This document shows positions 1-9,996 of a stretch of DNA of 64,000 bases, piece after piece. Made by a program: the position numbers and the translations under genes. Numbering within the stretch: position 1 is the first letter of the stretch; every line of letters begins with the position of its first letter. This DNA comes from Christensenellaceae bacterium. Lineage in GTDB: Bacteria > Bacillota > Clostridia > Christensenellales > SZUA-584. Under the pieces are notes generated by a model that saw nothing but the letters and a program-made list of their open reading frames with translations, searched no databases and was not told the DNA's origin. The stretch spans positions 6,881 through 70,880 of the forward strand of contig CAXXFB010000001.1 of NCBI GenBank assembly GCA_963674545.2, in the 5' to 3' direction.

Positions 1-165
1 GTCGGGGCGGGGATATATGAATCGTTTGAAAAGGCGTGTGAAAATATAGTGAAGCTCAATCAGAAGATAACGCTGCCGGATAAAGAGAACGTCAAGGTAT
101 ACGATGATGCTTTTGAAAAATATAAGCTGTTATATCGGAATAATAAAGATCTTTTCAGAATGTAG
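1..165 (+). CDS. FGGY-family carbohydrate kinase, C-terminal fragment (gene begins upstream of window)
   Basis: Frame 1 is open from base 1 to TAG 163-165: VGAGIYESFEKACENIVKLNQKITLPDKENVKVYDDAFEKYKLLYRNNKDLFRM*. The GAGIY...Y..Y..LY tail resembles xylulokinase/glycerol-kinase C-termini (recollection only). Confidence 0.45.
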   Translation, partial: VGAGIYESFEKACENIVKLNQKITLPDKENVKVYDDAFEKYKLLYRNNKDLFRM

Positions 166-438
166 ATATAAAAAAGCAGCTTTACCGTACGGCTGTATAC
201 ATGTAAAAGACAATGCTTTTAATGGATTTGCAATTTTGATCTCGACAGAGGTTTGGCTGGCTGCTATTTCGCGATGCGCTCAAGATGGACTTTAAAGGCT
301 TCCTGCTATGCTGGATTCAGTGCCTGAAGCGCAGCGCTGTTTAGCCGGTTCGGGAACAACACTAGCTATGCAGAGTGATTTTGTTATAAAAGCGGATTAT
401 CCGCAGGAATAAATTTATAAAAAAGGAAAAGGACAACA

Positions 439-1284
439 ATGAATAAGATAACAGACATTTTTAAACTGAGGAATAGTTATGAAATACCATGCATTGGATT
501 CGGAACATGGCAAATGCCAGACGGTGAAGCCACAGCAGCAGTAAAGTCGGCGATCGATGCTGGTTACCGCCATATCGATACAGCGGCAGTATATAAAAAT
601 GAGGTTAGCGTCGGGCGGGGCATCGCCGAGTGCGGTGTAATGCGTGAAGATTTGTTTGTTACAAGCAAGGTTTGGAATACTGAACGTGGCTACGACAAAA
701 CACGGCGTGCGTTCGACAAAACAATAGCAGACCTAAAGCTCGATTATCTTGATTTATATTTGATCCACTGGCCTGCATCATCAAGCCAGTTCGAAGACTG
801 GGAAGATAAAAACGCATCGACGTGGAGCGCATTGATCGAGCTATATAAAGAGGGCAGGGTAAAGGCTATAGGAGTATCGAATTTTATGCCTCATCATTTA
901 AAAGTGCTGATGAGCAGCGAGATACAACCGATGGTAGACCAGATCGAGTTTCATCCGGGCCAGATGCAGGACGAAACAGTTGATTTTTGCAGGAAGAATA
1001 ATATATTGATAGAAGCATGGAGCCCTCTCGGCACAGGAAAGATGCTTGAAAATGAAGTGCTCATCGGTATCGCCCGGAAATACAATGTATCGGTTGCTCA
1101 GCTATGCATCAGGTGGTGCTTGCAGAATGATGCGCTGCCTCTGCCAAAGTCAGTTACGCCATCCCGTATTGCAGAGAATGCACAAGTTTTCGGCTTTGCT
1201 ATTGAAGATGACGATATGAGTACAATAAACGCTATACCGTTTTTTGCCGGTTCAGGTTTATATCCTGACGAAGTTGTCTATTAA
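439..1284 (+). CDS. Aldo/keto reductase (2,5-diketo-D-gluconate reductase-like)
   Basis: 281-aa ORF with AKR motifs GFGTW, DTAAVYKNE, LFVTSKVW, LDYLDLYLIHWP, IGVSNF, QIEFHP, AWSPLG, LPKSVTPSRIAEN. Purine-rich RBS upstream. Confidence 0.9.
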   Translation: MNKITDIFKLRNSYEIPCIGFGTWQMPDGEATAAVKSAIDAGYRHIDTAAVYKNEVSVGRGIAECGVMREDLFVTSKVWNTERGYDKTRRAFDKTIADLKLDYLDLYLIHWPASSSQFEDWEDKNASTWSALIELYKEGRVKAIGVSNFMPHHLKVLMSSEIQPMVDQIEFHPGQMQDETVDFCRKNNILIEAWSPLGTGKMLENEVLIGIARKYNVSVAQLCIRWCLQNDALPLPKSVTPSRIAENAQVFGFAIEDDDMSTINAIPFFAGSGLYPDEVVY

Positions 1285-1400
1285 AGATAAAACTCTTTAA
1301 ACAGAAACGGTCTGCTTTAAAGAAAGCGCTGGCATAGCCAGCAGCAGGAAGGCAAACGGCTGCGAGCATTCACTAAAATCTTTATCAATCAGGAGGTAAT

Positions 1401-2597
1401 ATGTCAAATAAAATTCGGGAAACATTTGAAAAGAACAACGGAATGTTTCGCTTGATACCGGTATTTGTACCGAGACGCTTTTCGCGCCCAGGCAAGCGGC
1501 TAAGACTGCATCCGGATGATTACTTTGCTCTGGGGACAAAGAGAGGCGCAATAAAGGAACGGTGGTTCAGCAGCGTTATCCCTGCTATGAACGGAGAGCT
1601 TGCACCGGAAGATGAAGGCATGAGCTATGTATCGTATAGTGATGACCCAAACGAAAAATTTCTGCTCAAAGAAGCAGTGGATGAGTTGGGAGCCGAACTC
1701 ATAGGAGACCGCCTGATGGAAGAGTACGGAACTTGGCCGATGTACTCGAAGTTCTTTGATTATGAAGAGCCGCTGTTTCATCATCTTCACCTTAGCTTTG
1801 AGGATGCGGAAAGAGTAGGAAGGCGGGGCAAGCCGGAAGCGTATTATTTCCCGCCGCAGTACAACAATTATGCCGGTACTTTCCCGCACACGTATTTTGG
1901 CTTTGACCCGGATGTTACAAAAGAACAGGTCAAAGAACGTCTGGCGCTGTATGAGCAGGGCGATAACCGTATCACCGAGATATCCCGAGCATATAGGATA
2001 CAGCTTGGCACAGGCTGGTATACTCCACCGGGGGTCGTACATGCGCCGGGATCGTATCTTACATATGAGCCTCAGTGGAACAGTGATGTCAATTCGGTAT
2101 ATGAAAATATAACGTCGGGAGAGGTGTATCCCTATGAGTTCCTTGTCGAGAACTGTCCCGAAGATAAAAAAAGAGATCTGGATTATGTTATCAGCTTAAT
2201 GGACTGGGAGAAGAATGTTGATCCAAACTATCGGAAGAACTACTTTAGACCACCTGTCGTATGCAGTGAAGACGAAGCGCATATCGAAAAATGGGTGGTA
2301 TATGATACACCTTACATATGTGCAAAAGAGCTGACGGTTTATCCCGGGCAGACGGTGACGATTTGTGACAAAGCTGCGTATGGCTGCATAATTGTACAGG
2401 GCTATGGTGAATTCGGCACATATGAAGCTGAAGCAGCGGGAATGTTGCGTTACGGACAGCTAAGCGCCGACGAGTATTTTGTCAGCGAACAGGCGGCGCA
2501 AAAAGGAGTGCAGCTGACTAACAAGTCAAAATGTGAACCGATGGTTATTCTGAAGCACTTTGGACCAAACAATGAAGAAATGCCAAAATCGGAATAA
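1401..2597 (+). CDS. Putative sugar isomerase, class I phosphomannose-isomerase-like cupin
   Basis: 398-aa ORF with AGGAGG RBS. IKERWFSS and HHLHLS...GKPEAYYF segments resemble the PMI type I metal-site region. Assignment is from memory of the family only. Confidence 0.45.
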   Translation: MSNKIRETFEKNNGMFRLIPVFVPRRFSRPGKRLRLHPDDYFALGTKRGAIKERWFSSVIPAMNGELAPEDEGMSYVSYSDDPNEKFLLKEAVDELGAELIGDRLMEEYGTWPMYSKFFDYEEPLFHHLHLSFEDAERVGRRGKPEAYYFPPQYNNYAGTFPHTYFGFDPDVTKEQVKERLALYEQGDNRITEISRAYRIQLGTGWYTPPGVVHAPGSYLTYEPQWNSDVNSVYENITSGEVYPYEFLVENCPEDKKRDLDYVISLMDWEKNVDPNYRKNYFRPPVVCSEDEAHIEKWVVYDTPYICAKELTVYPGQTVTICDKAAYGCIIVQGYGEFGTYEAEAAGMLRYGQLSADEYFVSEQAAQKGVQLTNKSKCEPMVILKHFGPNNEEMPKSE

Positions 2598-2804
2598 CTA
2601 AATTAGCTGGCATACAAACAGCGGCGCTGAAAAATATGATTGAATTATGGTATTGTAGACATTAAAGTTGCGGTATTACTTGCGGCACATAGTTATAGTT
2701 TTCATGTTAAACTATTTATTAGATAGAGTGCAGTCAGTATATTAGCCCAAACCATCGTGTTATTGGGACTAGGTTGATCAAGAGTGAATAGGGAGAGCTA
2801 GTAA

Positions 2805-3191
2805 ATGAAGAAAAGTGATCCGAGAAACGGAAGAAATACAATCAAATCAGTAAGGCCATGGGGCGATATCCATATGGTGGTAAGAAACCAGGAGTGTTCA
2901 GTAGACCTTACCCATGTAAAGCCGGGGAGCAGGTCGAGCCTGCATTCCCACGGAACAAGGTATGAGCTGTTCCATTTCATGGATGATGGAGCTTACCTTG
3001 AGGTGGATGGAGTAGTATCAAGGCCGAGGGCTGATCAGGAATATCTGATAGAACCCGGTATGAAGCATAGGTTCTGGGCAGACGATAAGGATTTCAGGAT
3101 GCTTGTAGTCTGTTTTGGCGAATGGAGCGCAGATGATCAGATCAGACACGAGGATGATTATGGACGTCAAGGTCAGAAGCTAACTATGTAA
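2805..3191 (+). CDS. Cupin-domain protein (type II PMI C-terminal cupin-like)
   Basis: 128-aa ORF. RPWG...VDLTHVKPGSRSSLHSHGTRYELFHF...IEPGMKHRFW matches the cupin two-motif pattern (G-x5-H-x-H ... P-x-G-x2-H). Confidence 0.7.
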   Translation: MKKSDPRNGRNTIKSVRPWGDIHMVVRNQECSVDLTHVKPGSRSSLHSHGTRYELFHFMDDGAYLEVDGVVSRPRADQEYLIEPGMKHRFWADDKDFRMLVVCFGEWSADDQIRHEDDYGRQGQKLTM

Positions 3192-3397
3192 TGGAAGAGC
3201 ACAGAATAGAATAAAGCATTAAAAAGTTATCGGTGAATTTACTATTTTTAGCTATTTGTTGGAATTGAAGAATCAAAAAAAGACACAATTCGCTGCTGTA
3301 AGCAACTGCAATGGAATAGTAATGATTAAATTTGTTCAGAAGTAATTAAATAACATTTGCCGCTTAGTTTGTGTTAGAATATATCAGGGGTAAACGA

Positions 3398-4894
3398 ATG
3401 AGAAAAGCGGCAATTATACTACTGGTGTTAACTTTAATTATAACTGCAGGCTGTGTTAACCAAACATCGGCAATACTTAATGGAACAAAGAGTCTTACAT
3501 GGTGGTGTGAGAATAAATATTCACATGTAAACAACACAGGTGATTCTGAGGTTTACGCAGAGCTTATGAGTGAAACCGGTGTAGATGTTGTTTTTATTCA
3601 TCCACCAAAAGGTGAGCACAGGGAGCGTTTTTTGGCTTTGTTAAATGAGCAGACACTTCCGGATATTATTACGCATGATTTTGTTAATGACTACGCAGGT
3701 GGTGTCGAAAAAGCATTGAATGACGGGGTGATAATCCCGCTTAATGATATAATAGAGCAGCACTGCCCAAATCTTAATCAATATCTAATCGACAATCCGC
3801 AGGTCAAAGAACTAATAAGCACTAAAGATGGACGAATTTTCTGTTTTCCTTCCATACAGCAGGAAAGAGAAATCAGAACATATATAGGCCCGTTTATTAG
3901 AAAAGACTATTTGGACGAACTGGAACTAAGCCTGCCAACAACTGTGAATGACTGGTATAACGTAATGACAGCTTTTAAAACTGAATTAGGAATCACACCT
4001 CTTTCTTTCTACGGTGGTAAAATTATCGATACGAATTTTCTTATCGGTGCATATGGAATATGCTGGGATTTCTATCAGGAAAATGGCCAAGTTAAGTTTG
4101 GCCCGATGGAAGATGAATTTGCTGATTTTATGCTTGAGTTCAAGAAGTGGTATAACGAGGGACTGATATCGCCCGGAGTTTTTACTGATTCACAAAAAAC
4201 ATATGAGGCAAAAGCTAAAAGAGGCGAAATCGGTATTTATATTGATTATATATCATCCATCGCAACTTATCAGAGCAGTATCACAGAGGCAGAATTTGAA
4301 CCGCTTTATTACCCGGTATTGCAAGATGGTGATACTGTGTTCTCAGGGTATATTGCTCCGGTTTTTGTGCCTTACTCAAGCTGTTATATATCGAGTGACA
4401 ACAAGGATATAGAAGCAACAGCAAAGCTGCTTGACTATGCATATTCAGAAGACGGCGCTCTGCTTTTCAACTTTGGAATTCTAGGCGAGAGTTATGAACT
4501 GATTGACGGTGAGCCTTTTTATACGGATAATATATTATATGATGAAGATGGCTTTTCAATTGCAATCAAAAGATACTTGGCATCCGGTGCTTATATCAGA
4601 GACGAAAGACAATTCAAACAAATGCTGGTACTTGATTGCCAAATGAAAGCAGTAAACGTTTGGTCGGATACAAATGCAGACATAAATCAAATTCCGTCTA
4701 TAGTTTTAACACAGGAGCAAGCTGAAATCGTATCGTCTTTTAACAGCGTGTATATGGATACGCTTCTTAATTGGCTAAAAGATTATTGTCTATCTGATAA
4801 CGCTACTACTGTGCAAGCGCTTAGAGAGAAGCTTAAGGACCTGGGAATTGACGAGGTTATAGAGATTTATCAAGAGGTTTTGGATGAAACCTAA
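3398..4894 (+). CDS. Extracellular solute-binding lipoprotein (ABC family-1 SBP type), no cognate permeases nearby
   Basis: Signal peptide plus lipobox (LVLTLIITAGC). Size (~500 aa) and composition fit Firmicute carbohydrate SBPs. Start placed at ATG 3398 (GGGG RBS) rather than GTG 3371. Confidence 0.75.
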   Translation: MRKAAIILLVLTLIITAGCVNQTSAILNGTKSLTWWCENKYSHVNNTGDSEVYAELMSETGVDVVFIHPPKGEHRERFLALLNEQTLPDIITHDFVNDYAGGVEKALNDGVIIPLNDIIEQHCPNLNQYLIDNPQVKELISTKDGRIFCFPSIQQEREIRTYIGPFIRKDYLDELELSLPTTVNDWYNVMTAFKTELGITPLSFYGGKIIDTNFLIGAYGICWDFYQENGQVKFGPMEDEFADFMLEFKKWYNEGLISPGVFTDSQKTYEAKAKRGEIGIYIDYISSIATYQSSITEAEFEPLYYPVLQDGDTVFSGYIAPVFVPYSSCYISSDNKDIEATAKLLDYAYSEDGALLFNFGILGESYELIDGEPFYTDNILYDEDGFSIAIKRYLASGAYIRDERQFKQMLVLDCQMKAVNVWSDTNADINQIPSIVLTQEQAEIVSSFNSVYMDTLLNWLKDYCLSDNATTVQALREKLKDLGIDEVIEIYQEVLDET

Positions 4895-7058
4895 ATCAAG
4901 AAGCAACAAATTGTTTCGAAAGTGGCTGCTTATACAGTTTTGCTTTCTAGCATTCATGACTGCTGTAACAGCGGGTGTTTATTTCTATACAAATCACCAT
5001 ATAAAAAGGCAGATCGATGAGTTGTATATCAGCAACTTGGAAAGAACTGAAGCAGAAGTGGATTCCGTTTTTCAGTATGCAGCTGCTACAGTTAATGAAT
5101 ATAATATCCAGCCAAGAGTCAGAATGCTTTCAGGATTAGATTTAAGTGATAGTGAAAGGGATGTTGCACGACTGATTGATGACATCAAACAGACAAACTC
5201 AACGGCCAAGGGTATATCAGAAATAATAATCTACTTTAAGAACCAAGATGTATTTATCAGCTCGGCAGGAGTAATGGACAGGAAAATATTCTGTGACGTG
5301 TATTCTTCATCTACTGGAGATGAGAGAATTTCGATAATCGATGCTATATCGGATGAAACACTCGCAGACACAATAGTTCCGGTTAACAATGGGAGGAATG
5401 GCACGAATACAGCAATTTATTCTGAAGAAGCAGTTGATAATATTTTTATTAGTGCAGTCATAGACGCTGTACAAATTGAAGATATTCTAAATGCAAACCT
5501 GCAAAGTGAACGGAATGCTTTTTGTGTATTTGCTGGTAATGAGCTTATATTTGCTCATGGGAGTGATATTCAAAATGAACTTTATAAAAGTGTCGGTTTA
5601 GGCGATTTTGATCAGTTTCAGAAAGTTAAAAGCAGCAACACGGAATATGTTTACCTGGCTTCTGATGATAATGATATAAAATACGTTTCCTTGATAAATG
5701 AAGATAATTACTTCGCCGGAAAGTATCGTATTCAAAGCATAGCAATTATAATTCTTTCGGTTTCGATTTTGCTTGGTGCAGGGATTTCATACTACATAAC
5801 AAGATATAAATACAAGCCCGTAGAAACGGTTATCAACGTTTCAAAAGCTATTACGCCGAGCCATGTGTTTGCCAGCGATGATAATGAGCTAGAGCAAATC
5901 AAGGGAGCTATTGAGTTTATATATGAACAGAAGATGCAGACAAAGGCTGTTCTTGAGGAACATAATATTTACATAAAAGAAAATGCTATAAAGATGCTTT
6001 TAGATGGAGATATTCGTTATCAAGATATAACCGAGCATGTAAAATCTCTAATTGATATTGACCAATACAAAGCCTATTGTGTTGCTGTAATAGATGATGA
6101 AAAATATCTTAACACATATCGGGAAGATCAACAAACAAATATATTTTTATCAAAAGCAAAGCATGTAATTTCCAAGGGCGGACGAGTGATTGCGGTATTT
6201 GAGTCGAAAGCTGATGAGGTTGTTGCTATACTAAATAAGCAAATAACTGAGATTAGTATAGACGGTACTATTGCCGTTGGAATGGAATGTATAGGGCATG
6301 AAGGAATAAAAACAAGCTATGATCATGCGCTTCTGGGTTTAAGCAGAAAAATACTTCCTGATACACCCCGGGTCATACCACCGCTGAGCAGCAGAGAAGC
6401 GGGGGCTATAACGATATCGACAGAAAACGAAATCCGGTTAGGCGGATTTATACAATCAGGAGATACGGATAAGGCGTTGGCGATGCTCAAAGAACTGGCC
6501 GGGGAGCACGGGATCAACAACCTGAATTATTTTTCATTTAAAACTTATCTATATAATATATCAAATATAATAATTAGGAGCGCTGAAAATGTATTGAGTG
6601 AAGATACATTGAGAAAACTGCTTGAAGATTTTAATTCTGCGTTTAAGCAGGAAGATTATCAAAGCATTTCTAAAGCTTTAATAGATTCAACGCAATATGT
6701 TACAGTTCGATATAGAGAAAAAATGAACAGCTCTAACAAGAATCTTAACGCAAGCCTTGTTAAATATATCGAAAACAAAATATCAGAACCCCAGCTTTCT
6801 TCAGATATGATCGCTGAGGCGATGAGACTCAATTCTGCTTATCTGAGACGATTCTTTAAAGAACAGAATGGAATTACATTGTGGGATTTTATTAACATGA
6901 AAAGAATTGAGACAGCAAAAAACAAGCTTATTACAACCGATTTAAGTATAAAAAATATTTCTTTAACCTGTGGTTACGTTAGTATCTCGACTTTTGTCAG
7001 AACATTCAAGAAATTCTCGGGCATGACACCCGGGCACTACAGAAACTTATACAGATAG
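4884..7058 (+). CDS. Membrane-anchored AraC/XylS-family transcriptional regulator with an extracytoplasmic sensor region
   Basis: 724 aa. Layout: TM helix (LLIQFCFLAFMTAVTAGVYFY), ~250-aa external segment, second TM (IAIIILSVSILLGAGISYYI), then a cytoplasmic region. C-terminal AraC double HTH (SAYLRRFFKEQNGITLWDFINMKRIETAKNKL...CGYVSISTFVRTFKKFSGMTPGHYR). ATG overlaps the SBP stop by 11 nt. Confidence 0.8.
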   Translation: MKPKSRSNKLFRKWLLIQFCFLAFMTAVTAGVYFYTNHHIKRQIDELYISNLERTEAEVDSVFQYAAATVNEYNIQPRVRMLSGLDLSDSERDVARLIDDIKQTNSTAKGISEIIIYFKNQDVFISSAGVMDRKIFCDVYSSSTGDERISIIDAISDETLADTIVPVNNGRNGTNTAIYSEEAVDNIFISAVIDAVQIEDILNANLQSERNAFCVFAGNELIFAHGSDIQNELYKSVGLGDFDQFQKVKSSNTEYVYLASDDNDIKYVSLINEDNYFAGKYRIQSIAIIILSVSILLGAGISYYITRYKYKPVETVINVSKAITPSHVFASDDNELEQIKGAIEFIYEQKMQTKAVLEEHNIYIKENAIKMLLDGDIRYQDITEHVKSLIDIDQYKAYCVAVIDDEKYLNTYREDQQTNIFLSKAKHVISKGGRVIAVFESKADEVVAILNKQITEISIDGTIAVGMECIGHEGIKTSYDHALLGLSRKILPDTPRVIPPLSSREAGAITISTENEIRLGGFIQSGDTDKALAMLKELAGEHGINNLNYFSFKTYLYNISNIIIRSAENVLSEDTLRKLLEDFNSAFKQEDYQSISKALIDSTQYVTVRYREKMNSSNKNLNASLVKYIENKISEPQLSSDMIAEAMRLNSAYLRRFFKEQNGITLWDFINMKRIETAKNKLITTDLSIKNISLTCGYVSISTFVRTFKKFSGMTPGHYRNLYR

Positions 7059-7196
7059 CTTTTTTCTTGGGATTGTATCAAATTGAATACATAAACACAA
7101 AGTGAATATTTCATGTTCTCTTTGTTTTGTATACCATGGATACAGGAGATAAATTTATAAAATCCATATCTAATCAATAAGAAAGGAGTCTGAATT

Positions 7197-7430
7197 ATGT
7201 TGGAATTCTTTAAAAACGGCGGAGTGTTTTTGTTCGATGAAGAAGATGCAGCAAGTGAGAGATCTTTTTATAAGTTAGAGGATCTGATGGGTGAAGAAGA
7301 GGGCGCAGACATTACAGAAGCTTATATAGAAGATGACGGCGAGATATGTGTTTTCTATGACAGCACTATACTAAACGAGGAACAGGCTGTTGAGAAATAT
7401 AAAAAAGGAGATTATTCAAAACAAATTTAA
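7197..7430 (+). CDS. Hypothetical small acidic protein
   Basis: 77-aa ORF with AAAGGAG RBS. Very D/E-rich. No recognisable motif. Confidence 0.45.
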   Translation: MLEFFKNGGVFLFDEEDAASERSFYKLEDLMGEEEGADITEAYIEDDGEICVFYDSTILNEEQAVEKYKKGDYSKQI

Positions 7431-7444
7431 GGGAGGCTGTCCAA

Positions 7445-8035
7445 ATGAAAAAAATATTAATAGTATTAATTGCTGTTTCATTAACATTAAGCTTTGCAAG
7501 CTGTAAATCACAGCAACAAAAAATGATGGAGCAAGCCATGCAGGAATTTGAGGATATGACTGGTCAGGAGCAGTACGGCGATTCTGATTCAATGCAAGAT
7601 TGGGAAGACGACATGGAACCAAATGACGATGGGTTTACTGATGATTATCAGAACGAACAAGCCGGCGTTGATGATTGCGATGGAAACTATGATAGAGAAG
7701 GCGAGACATACGTTGAAGATGGAGAGAACAGCGTACAGCTTGGCGGAGGCGAATGGCCGGAAGGTGCACCTGATGTTATCGAAGAACCTAAATTCGGTGA
7801 AGCTGAAATCAGTGGAATCATTTCATCAGACAGTGGTACAGTTGTCACATACTTAAGCGTTGCTAGAGAAGAAGCAGCGACATTGATTGGATCATATCTG
7901 GACAATAATGATTGGAAGATGCTTGCTCATACAAATGACAGCGATTGGGAAGTGTATTCCGGTCAGAACGGAAACATTGTTCTTACGATTGAATGGGATA
8001 GTGGAGATTTTTCTATTCTATGGGAAACATTTTAG
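7445..8035 (+). CDS. Acidic lipoprotein, unknown function (paralogue of 25394-25903)
   Basis: Signal peptide plus lipobox (LTLSFASC), D/E-rich linker, C-terminal beta-rich domain. GGGAGG RBS. Confidence 0.7.
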   Translation: MKKILIVLIAVSLTLSFASCKSQQQKMMEQAMQEFEDMTGQEQYGDSDSMQDWEDDMEPNDDGFTDDYQNEQAGVDDCDGNYDREGETYVEDGENSVQLGGGEWPEGAPDVIEEPKFGEAEISGIISSDSGTVVTYLSVAREEAATLIGSYLDNNDWKMLAHTNDSDWEVYSGQNGNIVLTIEWDSGDFSILWETF

Positions 8036-8177
8036 TTCATCTCTGATACAAAATAATTCAATGCACAAAGTGGAGTTATATCAAAATATATACATATTTC
8101 ACTTTGGGCGTTATTACTAATATGGATTGACATAGTGGATAATATTGGTACCTATCATAGTCATCAGGTATACTTAT

Positions 8178-8685
8178 TTAGTTTTGGAGGCAATATTTGA
8201 TGAAACCTATTGCCAATATATCATTTTCTGCAAAAACAGCTGTTGGGCCGTTCGTAAGCTTTATGAATTTGGACGCTGCGCCAAATCCTGTTTGCAGACG
8301 GAAACCACAATGATATTCCATTTCATTATAAATCTTAAGATGCGAGTTTTTGAGCGCCGTGTGAAACCCTTTTTGTTTTTCCTTTGAAACTCTGTCTAGG
8401 CCGCCGATATATCCGATTCTTTTATGCCCCCAAGGAAATAAAATGATTCGTTGCTGTTATCGTGCCTTCAACAACGTTTATACTGATGCAATTGAATTTT
8501 GGATCTGTGAGATTCCAGCTTATCATTATAATTGGAATATGCTGACTGTTATCGATCAGTTCCGCTAAAGATTCATCGTTGTCAACAAGGCATAAAACTA
8601 TTCCGTCAAAATGCTGAATCGATTGATTTATAAAGTGTTTTTTAAGTATATCCAGCTCATTGTTAGCGGTATATAATACAGGCAC
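8178..8685 (-). pseudogene. LacI-family regulator remnant (ligand-binding core only; frameshifted, truncated at both ends)
   Basis: ORF 8422-8685 ends ...NCISINVVEGTITATNHFISLGA*. After the C5 run at 8427-8431 the reading continues in another frame to the stop at 8178-8180: GHKRIGYIGGLDRVSKEKQKGFHTALKNSHLKIYNEMEYHCGFRLQTGFGAASKFIKLTNGPTAVFAENDILAIGFIKYCLQN*. These are typical LacI/PurR sugar-binding-fold motifs. No N-terminal HTH and no C-terminal third. Confidence 0.7.
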
Positions 8686-8879
8686 AAGGTTATTTTAATG
8701 GAAGATTCTTTAATGGATAATGAGTAATACAACTTTGATGGTTGAAACTAATTAAATTTTATACTAAGAGTTTTATCATGTTTGGAGTGAAGGTTGACAA
8801 GAATTTAAAGGTTTAATTAATTTAATACTTAGTATTTTAATAAAGGCGAATAAAAAAGAGTTAAATCTTATAAGGGGTA

Positions 8880-9227
8880 AAAACTTCATAAAGGGTTCAA
8901 AAAAGCTTTTAGCGGGGAATAGCAGCCTGATGATATGAGAAATGGGGCAATATGAAGTATAAGTATAGGAACAGGCAATTTTGGTGTAGAGGGTACTATG
9001 TAGATACAGCAGGTAAGAATGCTAAGAGAATAAAGGAGTACATCCAAAACCAGTTAAAGCAGGATGAACTGGGAGAACAACTAACGATGGAAGAAATAGA
9101 CTCGTTTACAGGTAGCACGTAACAGCTTTTCGCGTGCGCCAGACCGTACCAACGCCCTTTAGGCGTGGCTAGTATTAAAGGTCTATGCACGAAAGTCATG
9201 ACCACCCGTTTTACGGGTGGTCATGAC
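8880..9227 (+). mobile_element. Decayed IS200/IS605-family copy (3' third of tnpA plus right-end hairpin)
   Basis: 8952-9122 encodes MKYKYRNRQFWCRGYYVDTAGKNAKRIKEYIQNQLKQDELGEQLTMEEIDSFTGST*. This matches the C-terminus of the intact TnpA at 24755-25225 (LKYKYGNRHFWCRGYYVDTVGRNARVIEEYIKNQLQED...DPFTG). An out-of-frame GNSSLMI stretch (~8915-8935) matches GKSSLMI of that protein. The terminal hairpin GTCATGACCACCCG-TTTTA-CGGGTGGTCATGAC (9195-9227) is shared with the intact copies. The left boundary is approximate. Confidence 0.75.
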
Positions 9228-9996
9228 TGTATTATTATATTTTCCTCAGTGCAAACTTTTAGTAGAAGTCAGTATCTCTCGGAACTAATCTCTCTGGATA
9301 ACTATAGAGCCAAATTCATTGTAATCAGTTCTAAATGTCTCTGGTTTACTTCTTATATCTTAAATTGACAAGAGTTAATTGATTTTTAATGGGAAATTAA
9401 TGTATTCCTATCGCTTATATTATTCAAGCTAAAAAAATCAATAAAAAGTTAAAGATTATATGGCTTATATATTTAATATACGGATTTAAGTCTAAAAGAT
9501 GTCATATATATCTAAAATAAATTTTTCGAGATTGAAAGCGGCTTAAAATGTCGTTAGTTTTTTGCTTGCTATATCCAATAGGATTAAATTCATAAAAAAT
9601 ATTAAATCAATTAAGCATATTGTCGAAGCTTGCCCTGTTTGTCTCTATTAATGGTTACGTAACCATATATGAAAAAGCCCATTTAAATGTAATATTTTAT
9701 ATTAAACCCCGTAGTTTACTAAATTTAAAATTATTTAGCTATTAAAAGTATGAAAAATCCGATAAAAAATATTTAGTGCTGCTAAATCAACTATTTCTAT
9801 TTTGTGTACTCCTAAATATCTTAAAGTGTAAAATATGAAAATAGTATAAAATCGAATGAAATCAATAAGAATGTTAATTCAAATAAAAGATAAAGATAGT
9901 ATAATCAAGTAAACAATTTGTAAGTAAATTATTAAACTTAAAATAAAATAATACTTAAAAACAACTTCGCAATTATATTTTAGGGGAAGAAAGCAG

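Noticed and set aside
104-295. 63-aa ORF at the window start
   Set aside because: It overlaps, out of frame, the 3' end of the FGGY kinase frame that is open from base 1. No RBS is present.
8145-8387. 80-aa plus-strand ORF
   Set aside because: It is antisense to the second-frame portion of the LacI-family pseudogene, whose translation carries family motifs.
9165-9368. 67-aa ORF beginning in the IS200 relic
   Set aside because: It reads through the IS terminal hairpin into AT-rich spacer. It has no RBS and no motif, and is most simply non-coding.
9228-9996. Possible CRISPR array or tandem repeat in the AT-rich spacer
   Set aside because: I could find no regularly spaced direct repeats, only scattered A/T-rich similarity and one palindrome. 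No cas genes are in the window.
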